A stretch of DNA of 64,000 bases from an uncultured Gammaproteobacteria bacterium (GCA_964449675.1 CAYVAR010000001.1:44877-108876); one strand, 5' to 3'; counted from the first letter of the stretch, positions 28,875-38,903 are shown. A program made the numbers and translations. The notes: a model not told the origin generated them from the letters alone.

Positions 28875-29850
28875 TCCGTCAAAAAGTTTTTTGTTTCGTA
28901 TTGGCATACTTTTTGTTGTTGCCATAGTTTTCATTGTGAGCGGGTGGATATGGTGGTCAGATGGAATTTCTTCAGTTGATCCTACAGATAAAAAACCAGT
29001 TGTTTTCGTCGTCCGTCGAGGGCAAGGAGTACGCGACATAGCCGCAAATTTAGCGCTGCAGCGTCTCATACGCAGTTCCACGAGTTTTTTTCTCATCGTA
29101 AAATTTCTTGGAGTCGAAAAAAACTTACAGGCTGGTGATTATCGGCTCAATCGATCCATGGATGCAAAAACGATTGCCCTTGAACTTACGCACGGTATTG
29201 TCGATGTATGGGTGACGACGCTTGAAGGATGGAGAGTAGAAGAAATTGCTACAAAACTTGCCAAGGAATTAGATATACCGGAAGCAGAATTTTTGAAATA
29301 TGCGAAAGAAGGACATATGTTTCCAGATACATACCTCATTCCTCGTGATGCAACTCCTGCCGCGGTTGCCAAACTTTTTTTGACTACATTTGATACAAAG
29401 GTAACAAAAGACATGCTAGATGATGCAAAAGAAACAAACCTTTCACTTGAAGATATTGTGACCCTTGCCTCAATTGTCGAGCGGGAAGGCAGAAGCGATC
29501 TGGATCGTCCAATTATTGCCGGAATACTCCTCAAGCGTTTGCAAGAAAAGTGGCCTCTCCAAGTGGATGCCACACTGCAATACGCACTTGGGTATCAATC
29601 GTATGAAAAATCCTGGTGGAAGAAATCATTAGAGAGTGAAGATAAGAAACTTAAATCGCCATACAATACGTATCTTCATACTGGACTTCCGCCTGGACCA
29701 ATCGCCAACCCCGGTCTTTCTGCTATAAAATCAGTCATTTATCCCAAGGACACTGAATATTGGTATTATATTCATGATAAAGAAGGCAACGCGCACTACG
29801 CCAAAACAATCGAAGAACATGAACAGAACATCCGCACGTTTCTTCAGTAA
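28858..29850 (+). CDS. mltG: Endolytic transglycosylase MltG
   Basis: FPDTY, ASIVERE, LQVDAT and SPYNTY...GLPPGPIANPG. Confidence 0.95.
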   Translation: MKLTNNPSKSFLFRIGILFVVAIVFIVSGWIWWSDGISSVDPTDKKPVVFVVRRGQGVRDIAANLALQRLIRSSTSFFLIVKFLGVEKNLQAGDYRLNRSMDAKTIALELTHGIVDVWVTTLEGWRVEEIATKLAKELDIPEAEFLKYAKEGHMFPDTYLIPRDATPAAVAKLFLTTFDTKVTKDMLDDAKETNLSLEDIVTLASIVEREGRSDLDRPIIAGILLKRLQEKWPLQVDATLQYALGYQSYEKSWWKKSLESEDKKLKSPYNTYLHTGLPPGPIANPGLSAIKSVIYPKDTEYWYYIHDKEGNAHYAKTIEEHEQNIRTFLQ

Positions 29851-29942
29851 AAAAGACAACGAGTTTTTTCAACAACCAGATGTAACCTTAAGTTGCATTT
29901 GTCGCATCATGTTGCTATAATGTTCTTATTGTAAAATAAACT

Positions 29943-30212
29943 ATGGCGCTAACACCTGATACTCGTCCTGGTTGTGGAAATTTTGATTCTCTTTCGGGAG
30001 TTTGTCTTGCAGGACGGCTGCATAGGGAAAAAAATATTCCCACAATGGCAATCATAGCGAAAATTTCTCCTCCTGGTGCGATCGAGGGACCTGATGTTCA
30101 AATCGACGGAATAATATGTAAAGTTAGAAACGGATCTCCAGATCAAATAGGATGCAGCGATTATGTGCCTAGAACTGAAGCAGATGACACTAGAGATCTA
30201 ATGCTTGATTAA
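29943..30212 (+). CDS. Hypothetical Cys-containing protein
   Basis: 89-aa ORF preceded by a TTGCAT...TGCTATAAT promoter. Confidence 0.55.
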   Translation: MALTPDTRPGCGNFDSLSGVCLAGRLHREKNIPTMAIIAKISPPGAIEGPDVQIDGIICKVRNGSPDQIGCSDYVPRTEADDTRDLMLD

Positions 30213-30360
30213 AGGCATAAAATGTTTGATATTCTTCAAATAATTAAAGTCGTTGACAACGCATTCTTATTGGTTTAAGATTTCATCTTACTATAAGATT
30301 ATTGAGGTGTCATGCCTAGTATTTTTTACAGTTACGGCCTTTCCGTAAAAGGGGATGCAT

Positions 30361-32856
30361 ATGCTAGATGAACTTAGAGGAGGTTACGGCCAAGACGAAA
30401 TTGAACAAAAATGGTCGGGCATCTGGGATCATTTACAATTATTTCAAAATACTCCTGATAATGAGCTTAGCCAACAATTAACTGGTGATAAACTTTATCT
30501 TCTTTTTGCATTTGCCTATCCATCCGGATCAGGGCTTCACGTAGGGCACGTAGAATCAAAAACCGCACTAGATATTCTTTCTAGATACTTCAGAATGCAG
30601 GGAAACAATGTATTCTTTCCCGTCGGATGGGATGCCTTCGGTCTACCTGCTGAGAATTATGCTGTAGAAACCGGGATTCACCCGGCAATTACCACTCAAA
30701 ACGCTATTGATACATTCCGAAGACAAGTACGACGCCTCGGGATTTCCTACGAGTGGGCAAATGAAATAGCAACAAGTGATCCAGAATATTACAAATGGAC
30801 GCAATGGATATTTACTCAATTATACGAGAACGGATTAGCCTATCATGCCGATGGACCTGTAAACTGGTGTCCATCCTGTCAAACAGTCTTAGCCAATGAG
30901 CAGGTTGAAGAAGGAGACTGTTTTCGTTGTCACAGTGAAGTAATTCAGAAGCAAATGAAGCAGTGGTTTTTAGGGATCACTCATTATAAGGATGAACTGA
31001 TTGACGGTCTTGCGACAGTGGATTGGCCAGAGTCTACCAAGAAAATGCAGAGGGATTGGATTGGCAGACAGGAGGGCGCGAACGTCATTTTCCATCTGCA
31101 GGATACGGATGCGGATCTGGCGTGTTTTACGACCAGATTAGACACCGTTTGCGGAGTGACGTTTGTTGTAGTTTCACCAGAAAAGTTTACGGAATATGGT
31201 TTAGCAAGTTATGTGCCGGATGATTTATGGGGTCCAGTAAGTGAGTATCTAGAAAGAGCCCAGCACAAGACAGAAGAACAACGTAAAAAAGGCGAAAGAG
31301 ATAAATACGGTATACACACAGGACTTACGATGTTAAATCCGGTGACAAACGAGGAAGTTCCTCTGTATCTTGCAGATTATGTACTTCCAAATTATGGTAC
31401 CGGTATCGTGATGGGCGTTCCCGCTCACGATGAAAGAGACTATGCGTTTGCAAAAAAATACGGTCTCCCGATACGTCAAGTTGTTCAGAATGATACGCAA
31501 AGTGAGCAGGGCGTTTTTTCCGAAGAAGGAATTCTCATCAATTCCGGTGAATTGAACGGTTTGACATCAGAACAAGCAAGAATTACTTTAATGCAGCAGT
31601 TTCCCGGCCTTATAGAATCTGCTGTAACATATAAACTTCGAGATTGGCTTATTTCTAGGCAAAGGTACTGGGGTGCTCCGATTCCGATCGTCTATGATCC
31701 GCAGGGTAAGCCGCATCCAGTAAGAAAAGAGCATCTTCCATGGTTATTGCCGACGGACGTAGATTTTAAACCCACTGGTGAGTCACCATTAAGATCATCC
31801 AGAGAATTTTTAGAAAGAACTGAAAGACTATATGGTGAAGGTTGGAGACCAGAGTACGACACGATGGATACTTTTGTCGATTCAAGCTGGTATTATCTCC
31901 GTTACCCAGATGCCCATAACCCGAATGAGTTTGCAGCAGCTCAACGGCTTCAGAAATGGCTTCCAGTCGATTTCTACATGATCGGTGCTGAGCATACTGT
32001 TCTTCATCTATTATATTCTCGTTTCTTCACTAAGTTTCTTCGAGATCAGGGATATCTAGCCTTTGATGAACCATTTCAAACGATGAGACATCAGGGGATG
32101 ATACTCGGGCCGGACGGGAAAAAGATGAGTAAATCGCTTGGTAACGTCATAAATCCAGATGACGTTATTGACCGATTCGGAGCAGATACGCTTCGCATGT
32201 ATGAAATGTTTATGGGTCCGATTGACGTTGATAAACCATGGGATGATCGTGCCGTCCATGGAGTATATAAATTTCTTTCACGGGTAGCGACATTAGTCAG
32301 ATCTTTTGAACAAGTACAAAAACCGCAACGAAGTCAAAATCTTGAAAAACTACTTCATCAAACTATCCGGAAAGTGACTGAAGATATAGAAAGGCTGAAA
32401 TTTAATACGGCAATAGCCGCTATGATGCGATTTGTAAATGAATGGTCCAGAGAGCAACGAGAAAATCCGACAGTAAATTCAGTGCTTACACCCGACGAAA
32501 TAGCTACTTTTGCAAAGATCCTTTCTCCATTTGCGCCATTTCTTGCGTCGGAAATATATTATCTTATTGAATCTAAAAATGGGGAAAATGGTCTTGAGCA
32601 AGATTATATTGTTCATTTACAACCATGGCCTATCTACGACGCAGCCCTTTCCACTGAACATGAATATCTCATCCCGGTGCAAATCAACGGCAAAGTGAGA
32701 GGACATATACCTATTTCAGGTGATATCATAAGGGATGAAACGAAGGTTTTCGCATTGGTCTATCAATTAGAGAGTATACAGGGAAGACTAGCGGGTAAGA
32801 ATATTAAAAGTCAAATATACGTTGAAGGAAGAATAGTCTCGATTGTAACCGATTAA
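30361..32856 (+). CDS. leuS: Leucine--tRNA ligase with divergent active-site motifs
   Basis: YPSG..LHVGH, GWDAFGLPAEN, VPAHDERD, MDTFVDSSWY and KMSKS; promoter TTGACA-17-TAAGAT at 30253-30281; alternative ATG at 30355. Confidence 0.93.
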   Translation: MLDELRGGYGQDEIEQKWSGIWDHLQLFQNTPDNELSQQLTGDKLYLLFAFAYPSGSGLHVGHVESKTALDILSRYFRMQGNNVFFPVGWDAFGLPAENYAVETGIHPAITTQNAIDTFRRQVRRLGISYEWANEIATSDPEYYKWTQWIFTQLYENGLAYHADGPVNWCPSCQTVLANEQVEEGDCFRCHSEVIQKQMKQWFLGITHYKDELIDGLATVDWPESTKKMQRDWIGRQEGANVIFHLQDTDADLACFTTRLDTVCGVTFVVVSPEKFTEYGLASYVPDDLWGPVSEYLERAQHKTEEQRKKGERDKYGIHTGLTMLNPVTNEEVPLYLADYVLPNYGTGIVMGVPAHDERDYAFAKKYGLPIRQVVQNDTQSEQGVFSEEGILINSGELNGLTSEQARITLMQQFPGLIESAVTYKLRDWLISRQRYWGAPIPIVYDPQGKPHPVRKEHLPWLLPTDVDFKPTGESPLRSSREFLERTERLYGEGWRPEYDTMDTFVDSSWYYLRYPDAHNPNEFAAAQRLQKWLPVDFYMIGAEHTVLHLLYSRFFTKFLRDQGYLAFDEPFQTMRHQGMILGPDGKKMSKSLGNVINPDDVIDRFGADTLRMYEMFMGPIDVDKPWDDRAVHGVYKFLSRVATLVRSFEQVQKPQRSQNLEKLLHQTIRKVTEDIERLKFNTAIAAMMRFVNEWSREQRENPTVNSVLTPDEIATFAKILSPFAPFLASEIYYLIESKNGENGLEQDYIVHLQPWPIYDAALSTEHEYLIPVQINGKVRGHIPISGDIIRDETKVFALVYQLESIQGRLAGKNIKSQIYVEGRIVSIVTD

Positions 32857-32874
32857 CCACGAGTCACAATTACT

Positions 32875-33309
32875 ATGAAGGTTGTATTAGAAAGGGTTTC
32901 GATGGCAGCAGTTACAGTAAGTAAAGAGACTGTTGGCCGTATAGAATCTGGGTTTTTGCTTCTTGTTGGATTTACCCATAGTGACACTGAGGAAATTACA
33001 GGTGAAATGGCAAGAAAAATAGCAAATTTTCGTGTCATGGAAGATGAAAATGGTAAATTGAACAGCACGTTACTGGAGACAGGTGGTAAAATACTTGCTG
33101 TTCCGCAATTTACGTTATATGCCGATACATCAGGTAGGAGGCCTGGATTTTTGGACGCAGCTCGTCCTGAACAAGCTCATACCCTATTTGATACTTTTGT
33201 GACTCAGTTAACTTCTGAGGGCATATCTGTAGAAACTGGTACGTTCGGCGCGTTTATGAGTGTGCAATCAATAAATGAGGGACCTTTAACGCTTGTTGTT
33301 GAAATCTAA
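32875..33309 (+). CDS. dtd: D-aminoacyl-tRNA deacylase
   Basis: PQFTLYAD, TGTFGAFM and NEGPLT (Gly-cisPro motif). Confidence 0.95.
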   Translation: MKVVLERVSMAAVTVSKETVGRIESGFLLLVGFTHSDTEEITGEMARKIANFRVMEDENGKLNSTLLETGGKILAVPQFTLYADTSGRRPGFLDAARPEQAHTLFDTFVTQLTSEGISVETGTFGAFMSVQSINEGPLTLVVEI

Positions 33310-33318
33310 GGAGTATCC

Positions 33319-34632
33319 TCAATTTTTTCCCAACCCGAGACATTGAGTTTTGTATATACGATACGTTGATTTGGGAAACGCATTGCTCTCCCATTCTTTG
33401 AATACTTCGGTGAAGATATTTATGGCGCGCAGTATTTCTCTATGCGTTATCGTTAGAGGAGGGTGTATGCGTAATACGTCATTATTTTTTCCAAAATATC
33501 CGACGTAGAGTCCCTTCTCAAGACACCTGACACCAAAGAGGGCCGCAAGAGGCTTATCATCTTTTGAGCGTATTGATAAGCCGATTTGGAATCCAATTCC
33601 CCGAACCTCACAACGTAGAGAGTCTCCAGACCTCCTTATCAGATTGTTTAATTGATGAATGAAAAATATTCCATTTTTGTTAACAGAATTCAAAATATTC
33701 TCTTTTTCGATAATGGATAGAATTTTTGTCCCAACTGCACAGGCAGGAGGATGTCCAGAATACGTGAAAACATGCTGTGCTTTGTCAAGCGAGTCAATTA
33801 CTTCTGATCGACCTATACAAGCTCCTAAAGCAATATAACCTCCGCTTATACCCTTGCCTACGACGATAATATCCGGTATGACATCAAAATGCTCTATGCC
33901 CCACCATTTTCCGGTTCGGCCAACTCCACTTTGCGCTTCATCATCTATCAGGATTACCCCATACTTTTGAGTTAATCTTTTCAGTTCGGCAAAAAAATAC
34001 TTGGGCGGAACAAGATTTCCTCCGTCTCCTTGAATAGGCTCAATGATAAAGCATGCAATCTTACCGGTTTGAAAATATTCTTCTGCGGCTTTTAAACACG
34101 CGTCGGCCCCTTTTTTTGTAATCGGAAAGTCTAAAAAGAAAAACTCATCAGAACTCAAAATTCCATTCCTTATACCTGGAAACCCAGTAGCTTGTGCAGA
34201 TAGTCCCGTACTTCCGTGGTATGCATTATGAAAAGCAATAGTTCCTCTTCTTTGTGTAAATTTTCTTGCTGCTTTAATAGCACCGTCTATACTGTCGGAT
34301 GCAGACATGCCAAACATTACTTTCTTTCTGAAGTTTCCCGGAGTTATTCTGATTAATTTTTCGGCTAGTTCTATAGTTTCTATATTAGGAGAATAGACAA
34401 AACATGACTGTGTAATTTTTTTTGCAACAGTTGCATATGCATCGATTACGTCTGTCCGTCCATAACCAACATTTACTGAGGAAGCGGCTGAAAATAAATC
34501 AAGATATTCTTTCCCTTCAACGTCTTTGATGGTACTTCCGCGAGCGGATTCCAGAGCAATTCCATATAATCCAGCATACTGAGCTCTGGCTATATATTTT
34601 TTAACTTTCCTAAATACCTGTGTAGTTTTCAT
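33319..34632 (-). CDS. Class III PLP enzyme, probably a branched-chain amino-acid racemase / Ile 2-epimerase homolog
   Basis: DLFSAASSVNVG, FGMSASDSIDG, YHGST, EPIQGDGG, DEAQSG and GKGISGG. Confidence 0.8.
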   Translation of the reverse strand: MKTTQVFRKVKKYIARAQYAGLYGIALESARGSTIKDVEGKEYLDLFSAASSVNVGYGRTDVIDAYATVAKKITQSCFVYSPNIETIELAEKLIRITPGNFRKKVMFGMSASDSIDGAIKAARKFTQRRGTIAFHNAYHGSTGLSAQATGFPGIRNGILSSDEFFFLDFPITKKGADACLKAAEEYFQTGKIACFIIEPIQGDGGNLVPPKYFFAELKRLTQKYGVILIDDEAQSGVGRTGKWWGIEHFDVIPDIIVVGKGISGGYIALGACIGRSEVIDSLDKAQHVFTYSGHPPACAVGTKILSIIEKENILNSVNKNGIFFIHQLNNLIRRSGDSLRCEVRGIGFQIGLSIRSKDDKPLAALFGVRCLEKGLYVGYFGKNNDVLRIHPPLTITHREILRAINIFTEVFKEWESNAFPKSTYRIYKTQCLGLGKN

Positions 34633-34640
34633 ACATTACC

Positions 34641-34724
34641 AAAAAAATTCCCCCTTCTCGGGGGGCTTATGTGCTATCACACAAAATGCTCCCCGCTAAG
34701 AGGAAAGGAGAACGAGAAGGAGCG
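34641..34724 (-). promoter_or_regulatory. Leu-responsive transcription attenuator
   Basis: On the minus strand: GCTCCTT/GGGGAGC (1:2), CGGGGAGC/GCCCCCCG (2:3), CCCCC/GGGGG followed by AATTTTTTT (3:4). Confidence 0.78.
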
Positions 34725-34743
34725 TATTTATAGAATAATTCAT
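34696..34743 (-). CDS. Leu-rich leader peptide MNYSINTLLLVLLSS
   Basis: LLLVLL run; promoter TTGACC-17-TATACT at 34784-34756. Confidence 0.8.
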   Translation of the reverse strand: MNYSINTLLLVLLSS

Positions 34744-34780
34744 ATCTTGAATATCAGTATATCAGACTATATGTTTGAGG

Positions 34781-36187
34781 TCAACTATTAATAAAACTTA
34801 GAAATTTCATAAGGAGGTCTTCACTACCGATATCACCGATCATCACAAGAATATCCCGTTCAATTTCGTTCAATCGTTTGAGTTCAAGCGATCGTTCGGC
34901 TCCTGACAACTGTGAGTTAATTAAATCCCTCATATAATTCAGATAAGACAATGGCGAATCGGAATAGGTCCGTATTCCTAAATCATACCGTGTCCGATAG
35001 TACACGGGTGTACTCCCGACTCTTGTAATTGCCAGTGTACTGGCAACAGGAGACAATGCATGATCCGGTGAGGCGGAGAAAATTTCATAACTTATTGACG
35101 CAGCAGTTGCTTCCGATTCGCTGGTGCAGAGTAATGTCTGACTCGTCTCTTTAGAAGTCGATGCAGGATGAAATCTTCCGTTTCTTCTGATGTATGCACG
35201 TGCGATATTAAACATTCGTTCGGGTCTACCACCTATTGATACGGCAAAAATGCTTTTTTCTCCATCTTCAAAGACATTGACTTTGGGATGATAAACTGAA
35301 TCTTTGAATAATAATGGATGCATCGCGGCATAAACATGGGAGAGTTTCGCACCGTTATCGTTACCGTGCTTGATTCCTCTAGCATATAGTATAGCAAGCG
35401 CTCTTTTCACGTCATCATCTTGAGAATCCAAAAGTAATTGTGAATAGTTTTGAATAACTTCACGCGTGATAGGGTCATGCATACCCCACGGATTTTCAAA
35501 TTCAAAATATACATACGGAAAAATTTTATTATGAAAATAGTAAATATACTTGTATATATATTCATACGTTCTCGTCATATGTTGTAGCACCTCTTCTGAG
35601 GACATTTCTGCGGCATTTACCGAAATTGCTGTATAAGGAGCGAAAAAAATTCTAAGCCTCGGGAGTTCAAAGTCGATAATATTCTTTCGTTTTAGTTCTC
35701 TTAAATTTTCTAATATTTTTATACCTGGTATGACATACGATGGTGCTCGAATATTTGTATCCTCATCATTACTTCCCCCAAATCCAGTACTAATTGTCAG
35801 TTCTTCAAATAGCCTAGGATCGCGAGCTAAAAGAATCGAGGTAGATAGCAGATTTAAATAGGAATCTTGATGGATAGATCGAATCTGGGTACCCAGCAAG
35901 AAACACTCCAATATGGGTCGAACTGCTGCACGGGCCCTTTTGCCTTCGTCGCTGTCAGGGTTGACTCCCGTTAGGGTCAGCGAAAATATCTCTGCAATTT
36001 GAGCTTTGAGTGTGGGTGATACACGATTTACCTGTAATTCACCATTACCTGTATCTAATAAAATTGCTGTTTGTAAAATGAGGTCTGTACTCTGATTGAG
36101 AACTCTACGAAACCCTTGATCAAGAGTAATATTGTAATCTTCGCAATGCAAAGGAATGCTAGTATCGTAATACTTTTCGGGGGTCAT
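34781..36187 (-). CDS. Orphan 468-aa protein, possibly a class Ic aaRS/CDPS-like Rossmann fold
   Basis: Long ORF; motif order ISTGFGG, LRIFFAPYTA, YAAMHPLLF, SIGGRPE; the fold call is tentative. Confidence 0.6.
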   Translation of the reverse strand: MTPEKYYDTSIPLHCEDYNITLDQGFRRVLNQSTDLILQTAILLDTGNGELQVNRVSPTLKAQIAEIFSLTLTGVNPDSDEGKRARAAVRPILECFLLGTQIRSIHQDSYLNLLSTSILLARDPRLFEELTISTGFGGSNDEDTNIRAPSYVIPGIKILENLRELKRKNIIDFELPRLRIFFAPYTAISVNAAEMSSEEVLQHMTRTYEYIYKYIYYFHNKIFPYVYFEFENPWGMHDPITREVIQNYSQLLLDSQDDDVKRALAILYARGIKHGNDNGAKLSHVYAAMHPLLFKDSVYHPKVNVFEDGEKSIFAVSIGGRPERMFNIARAYIRRNGRFHPASTSKETSQTLLCTSESEATAASISYEIFSASPDHALSPVASTLAITRVGSTPVYYRTRYDLGIRTYSDSPLSYLNYMRDLINSQLSGAERSLELKRLNEIERDILVMIGDIGSEDLLMKFLSFINS

Positions 36188-36458
36188 AATTAATTTTATG
36201 CTTTAGTCTATTATATAATGTATCAATCTGGTATAATTATTACGACGGCCAATTACAACCTATAATTATACCCAAATTATACAATTTTCAAGGAATAATA
36301 TAGGTGACAATAAAGAATTCTGGCCAATATACATAATTAAACAAGTATATCAGGGTTTTATTATAAGTCAATGTAAACTTATTTAATCATTAACCTATAA
36401 TTTATTTTGTAATATATAAGTCTTAGCATCAGATTTTTTTAAGGGGAGAGAACTTAAT

Positions 36459-36749
36459 ATGTCCAAGATAATAGCAGAGTATCCTGCGCGAACTTCATTG
36501 CAGGATGTATTTGATTCAAATAAGATAATCGAACTAATGAGAATGGATCCTGGTGATTGCAGAGTATTTTACACTTTGTATAAAGGAATGCTACTTGAGA
36601 TGAACGCACTCCGGCCGAATAATGTCGCTATGGCAGATGCTACAGATACAGCCAATGGACTTTGGGATATACACCGACCTGATTGTTTTCTTGGATCTAT
36701 ATCAGCGCACTTTCCAAGTGGAGTAATGGAACACAGGTTATCTGAATAG
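36459..36749 (+). CDS. Hypothetical protein
   Basis: 96-aa ORF with a GGGGAG SD. Confidence 0.55.
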   Translation: MSKIIAEYPARTSLQDVFDSNKIIELMRMDPGDCRVFYTLYKGMLLEMNALRPNNVAMADATDTANGLWDIHRPDCFLGSISAHFPSGVMEHRLSE

Positions 36750-36779
36750 ATTGATCCTTAAGAAAATCAATACAAGCAG

Positions 36780-37029
36780 AACCTATCCTTCCTTCTCGTC
36801 AACGACAGCCAACCAATTCGCCATTCGAGCAACGGGCGGCGTAAAGTTCGTGTTGGCCGTGGACGGTAAAGGCAACGCCTCGCGATGGTGCGAGGCTACG
36901 ACCACAGGAGACTTTCGCTGTACCACTGGTGGTCTGACTGTTTCCCTCACTCAGCTCTTTGCGGAAAATGCCGCCCTCAAGCAGCAACTGAAACAACTTG
37001 AGGAGCGGATCGCAAAATTGGAACAGTAA
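36780..37029 (+). pseudogene. GC-rich C-terminal remnant of an adhesin/tail-fibre-like protein
   Basis: STTANQFAIRATGGV and a terminal coiled coil ENAALKQQLKQLEERIAKLEQ; no convincing start. Confidence 0.5.
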
Positions 37030-37233
37030 ACGTTTTTAAGAAGGCCCACCGATGAGACGAGAACGTGCAGTACATGCAACTGCTCATATGTGCGTTCTCC
37101 TCTCCAAGTTTTCATTACATTATAATAATAGGTAAATGTAGGTACATGACCCTAAATAAAATTGAGGAAGACAATGCGGTAGTGAGCGGAGTGAAATTGA
37201 CATCGTACACTTTTCGTTCGTACAATCAATACA

Positions 37234-38511
37234 ATGCCTGACTTCAAGCTGGTAGAATCCCAACAGTACAACACAAAAATTACCAAAGACTTCTCTATTG
37301 ATATTGAGATTGCGCGAGATGGGTTGTATGTCATTGTTATCGGTGCTCGTGCGTTGGCATGGTGGCAGAATATACCTCACTTCTTTAAGCGATATTTTCA
37401 GGACGACCATCTCTCCGTCCGACTTAATACTTTGGGTGATGAGCTTGCATGGAACGGAAACGACCTCAAGGGGCTTGAACAAACAAACATTTTTCTTTCA
37501 CACATTCATCCGGGGAGTTATAGAATTTCTTTCAAAGTCAAACAGCAGCCAACGTTGTTGTCTTTAGTGATTTACGAAGTGGTAAATACCACAAACCCCA
37601 ATCTCATCGAGGTGATTCCTTCTTCAGTCGAAGACGGAAATAGACGTCCGGTTATCAAAGTAGTCGCCGCAGATGTTTTGATACAGAACATAACTATTGA
37701 CGCTACCGTGTTGACCGGAAGACAACATATGGTATTTTTTCGAGATGATGATGATTTGAAAGCAGTAATAAATGGGGAAGTTGTCAAAAACGATCTGCCG
37801 AAGTCGCATACGGACTGGTACTGGTGCGGCCAAGGCCAACGCTATCAACAGATCAATCGCAGGACACTTGAAAAGAAATTATCAGGAGAGACAAAAAATA
37901 CCATGGAACTCTATGCCGATAGAACGCCTGCCATTCATAGATTCGAGCTTATACTTTCAGTTAACACCCTGCCCCCTCGTTTTGATGAGTTATACATTAT
38001 CGATGATGATACGTTCACCCATGGAGGGTTTACCCAAAAAGAAATCCAAGATTTTTTTGAACAAAAAAGTCAAAACCACCCCAACCATCTGGCCTTCCGC
38101 ATATTTCATGAAAAAAGCGCAGCGCAGCTCATCTACCAGGCAGCAAAAACAAACAGCATCAACCCAAAGGTCATGGTGACGAAACTTCAGGCAGAGCAAG
38201 GGGTGATCTCGGGGAGTAGGGCAACAAACCCCACACAGTCACAGCTTGATCGCGCCATGGGCGTTGGCATATTGGACGACGGCACCGTGTTAGGATCATA
38301 CCAGGGGTTTGAGAATCAGGTTGCCGGCGCCGCCCAATTACTACGGAAGCATTTTGATCAAGCAGAGAAAGAGCACTTTACCCTACGAGATGTTGACGGC
38401 AGAATGCTCTTGGTGAAAAATAGCGCGACGTACAGCCTCTATCGATATACGCCTCATGTTGCCGGGGCCAAGCTCTTTTTTGATATTTACTCAAGTTTTT
38501 TCAGACTATGA
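37234..38511 (+). CDS. Hypothetical protein with a C-terminal lysozyme-like domain
   Basis: INPKVMVTKLQAEQG, GFENQV and ATYSLYRYTPH. Confidence 0.6.
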   Translation: MPDFKLVESQQYNTKITKDFSIDIEIARDGLYVIVIGARALAWWQNIPHFFKRYFQDDHLSVRLNTLGDELAWNGNDLKGLEQTNIFLSHIHPGSYRISFKVKQQPTLLSLVIYEVVNTTNPNLIEVIPSSVEDGNRRPVIKVVAADVLIQNITIDATVLTGRQHMVFFRDDDDLKAVINGEVVKNDLPKSHTDWYWCGQGQRYQQINRRTLEKKLSGETKNTMELYADRTPAIHRFELILSVNTLPPRFDELYIIDDDTFTHGGFTQKEIQDFFEQKSQNHPNHLAFRIFHEKSAAQLIYQAAKTNSINPKVMVTKLQAEQGVISGSRATNPTQSQLDRAMGVGILDDGTVLGSYQGFENQVAGAAQLLRKHFDQAEKEHFTLRDVDGRMLLVKNSATYSLYRYTPHVAGAKLFFDIYSSFFRL

Positions 38512-38903
38512 ACCGACGTTTCGTACGCACCTTCGAACTCGTTGGACTCGCAATAGGAATAGTTCTCTTTTTGCTTATCGTAAGAACAAATAGCGAACTG
38601 TTTAAAGACATACAATCGTACCAACGACTCCTTAAAGATGCTCAGGAGCGGGCAGACCGTATGACCGAAGAAAAAACTCGTTGGGAGAATACGTATGCAC
38701 GCACACGGGAATCTTGGATTGCATGGCAAATAGAATCAAAACTGAAAGATATAATAACGGGTGTAGAATCGATTGAATTGGGAAATAATGATGATGGGAT
38801 TGCCTACGTACAAGAGGGAGGGGTCAAAAAGCGGTACTCATTCCGATTCGCTTCTGATCGCAATAACACGGCGTTAGTTACCGATGTACAACTGTTGCCA
38901 TAG
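38508..38903 (+). CDS. Membrane-anchored hypothetical protein
   Basis: N-terminal TM plus coiled coil; 4-nt overlap with the upstream gene. Confidence 0.7.
   Translation: MNRRFVRTFELVGLAIGIVLFLLIVRTNSELFKDIQSYQRLLKDAQERADRMTEEKTRWENTYARTRESWIAWQIESKLKDIITGVESIELGNNDDGIAYVQEGGVKKRYSFRFASDRNNTALVTDVQLLP

Noticed and set aside
37049-37062. CCGATGAGACGAGA as a hammerhead core
   Set aside because: Core mismatches and no stem II
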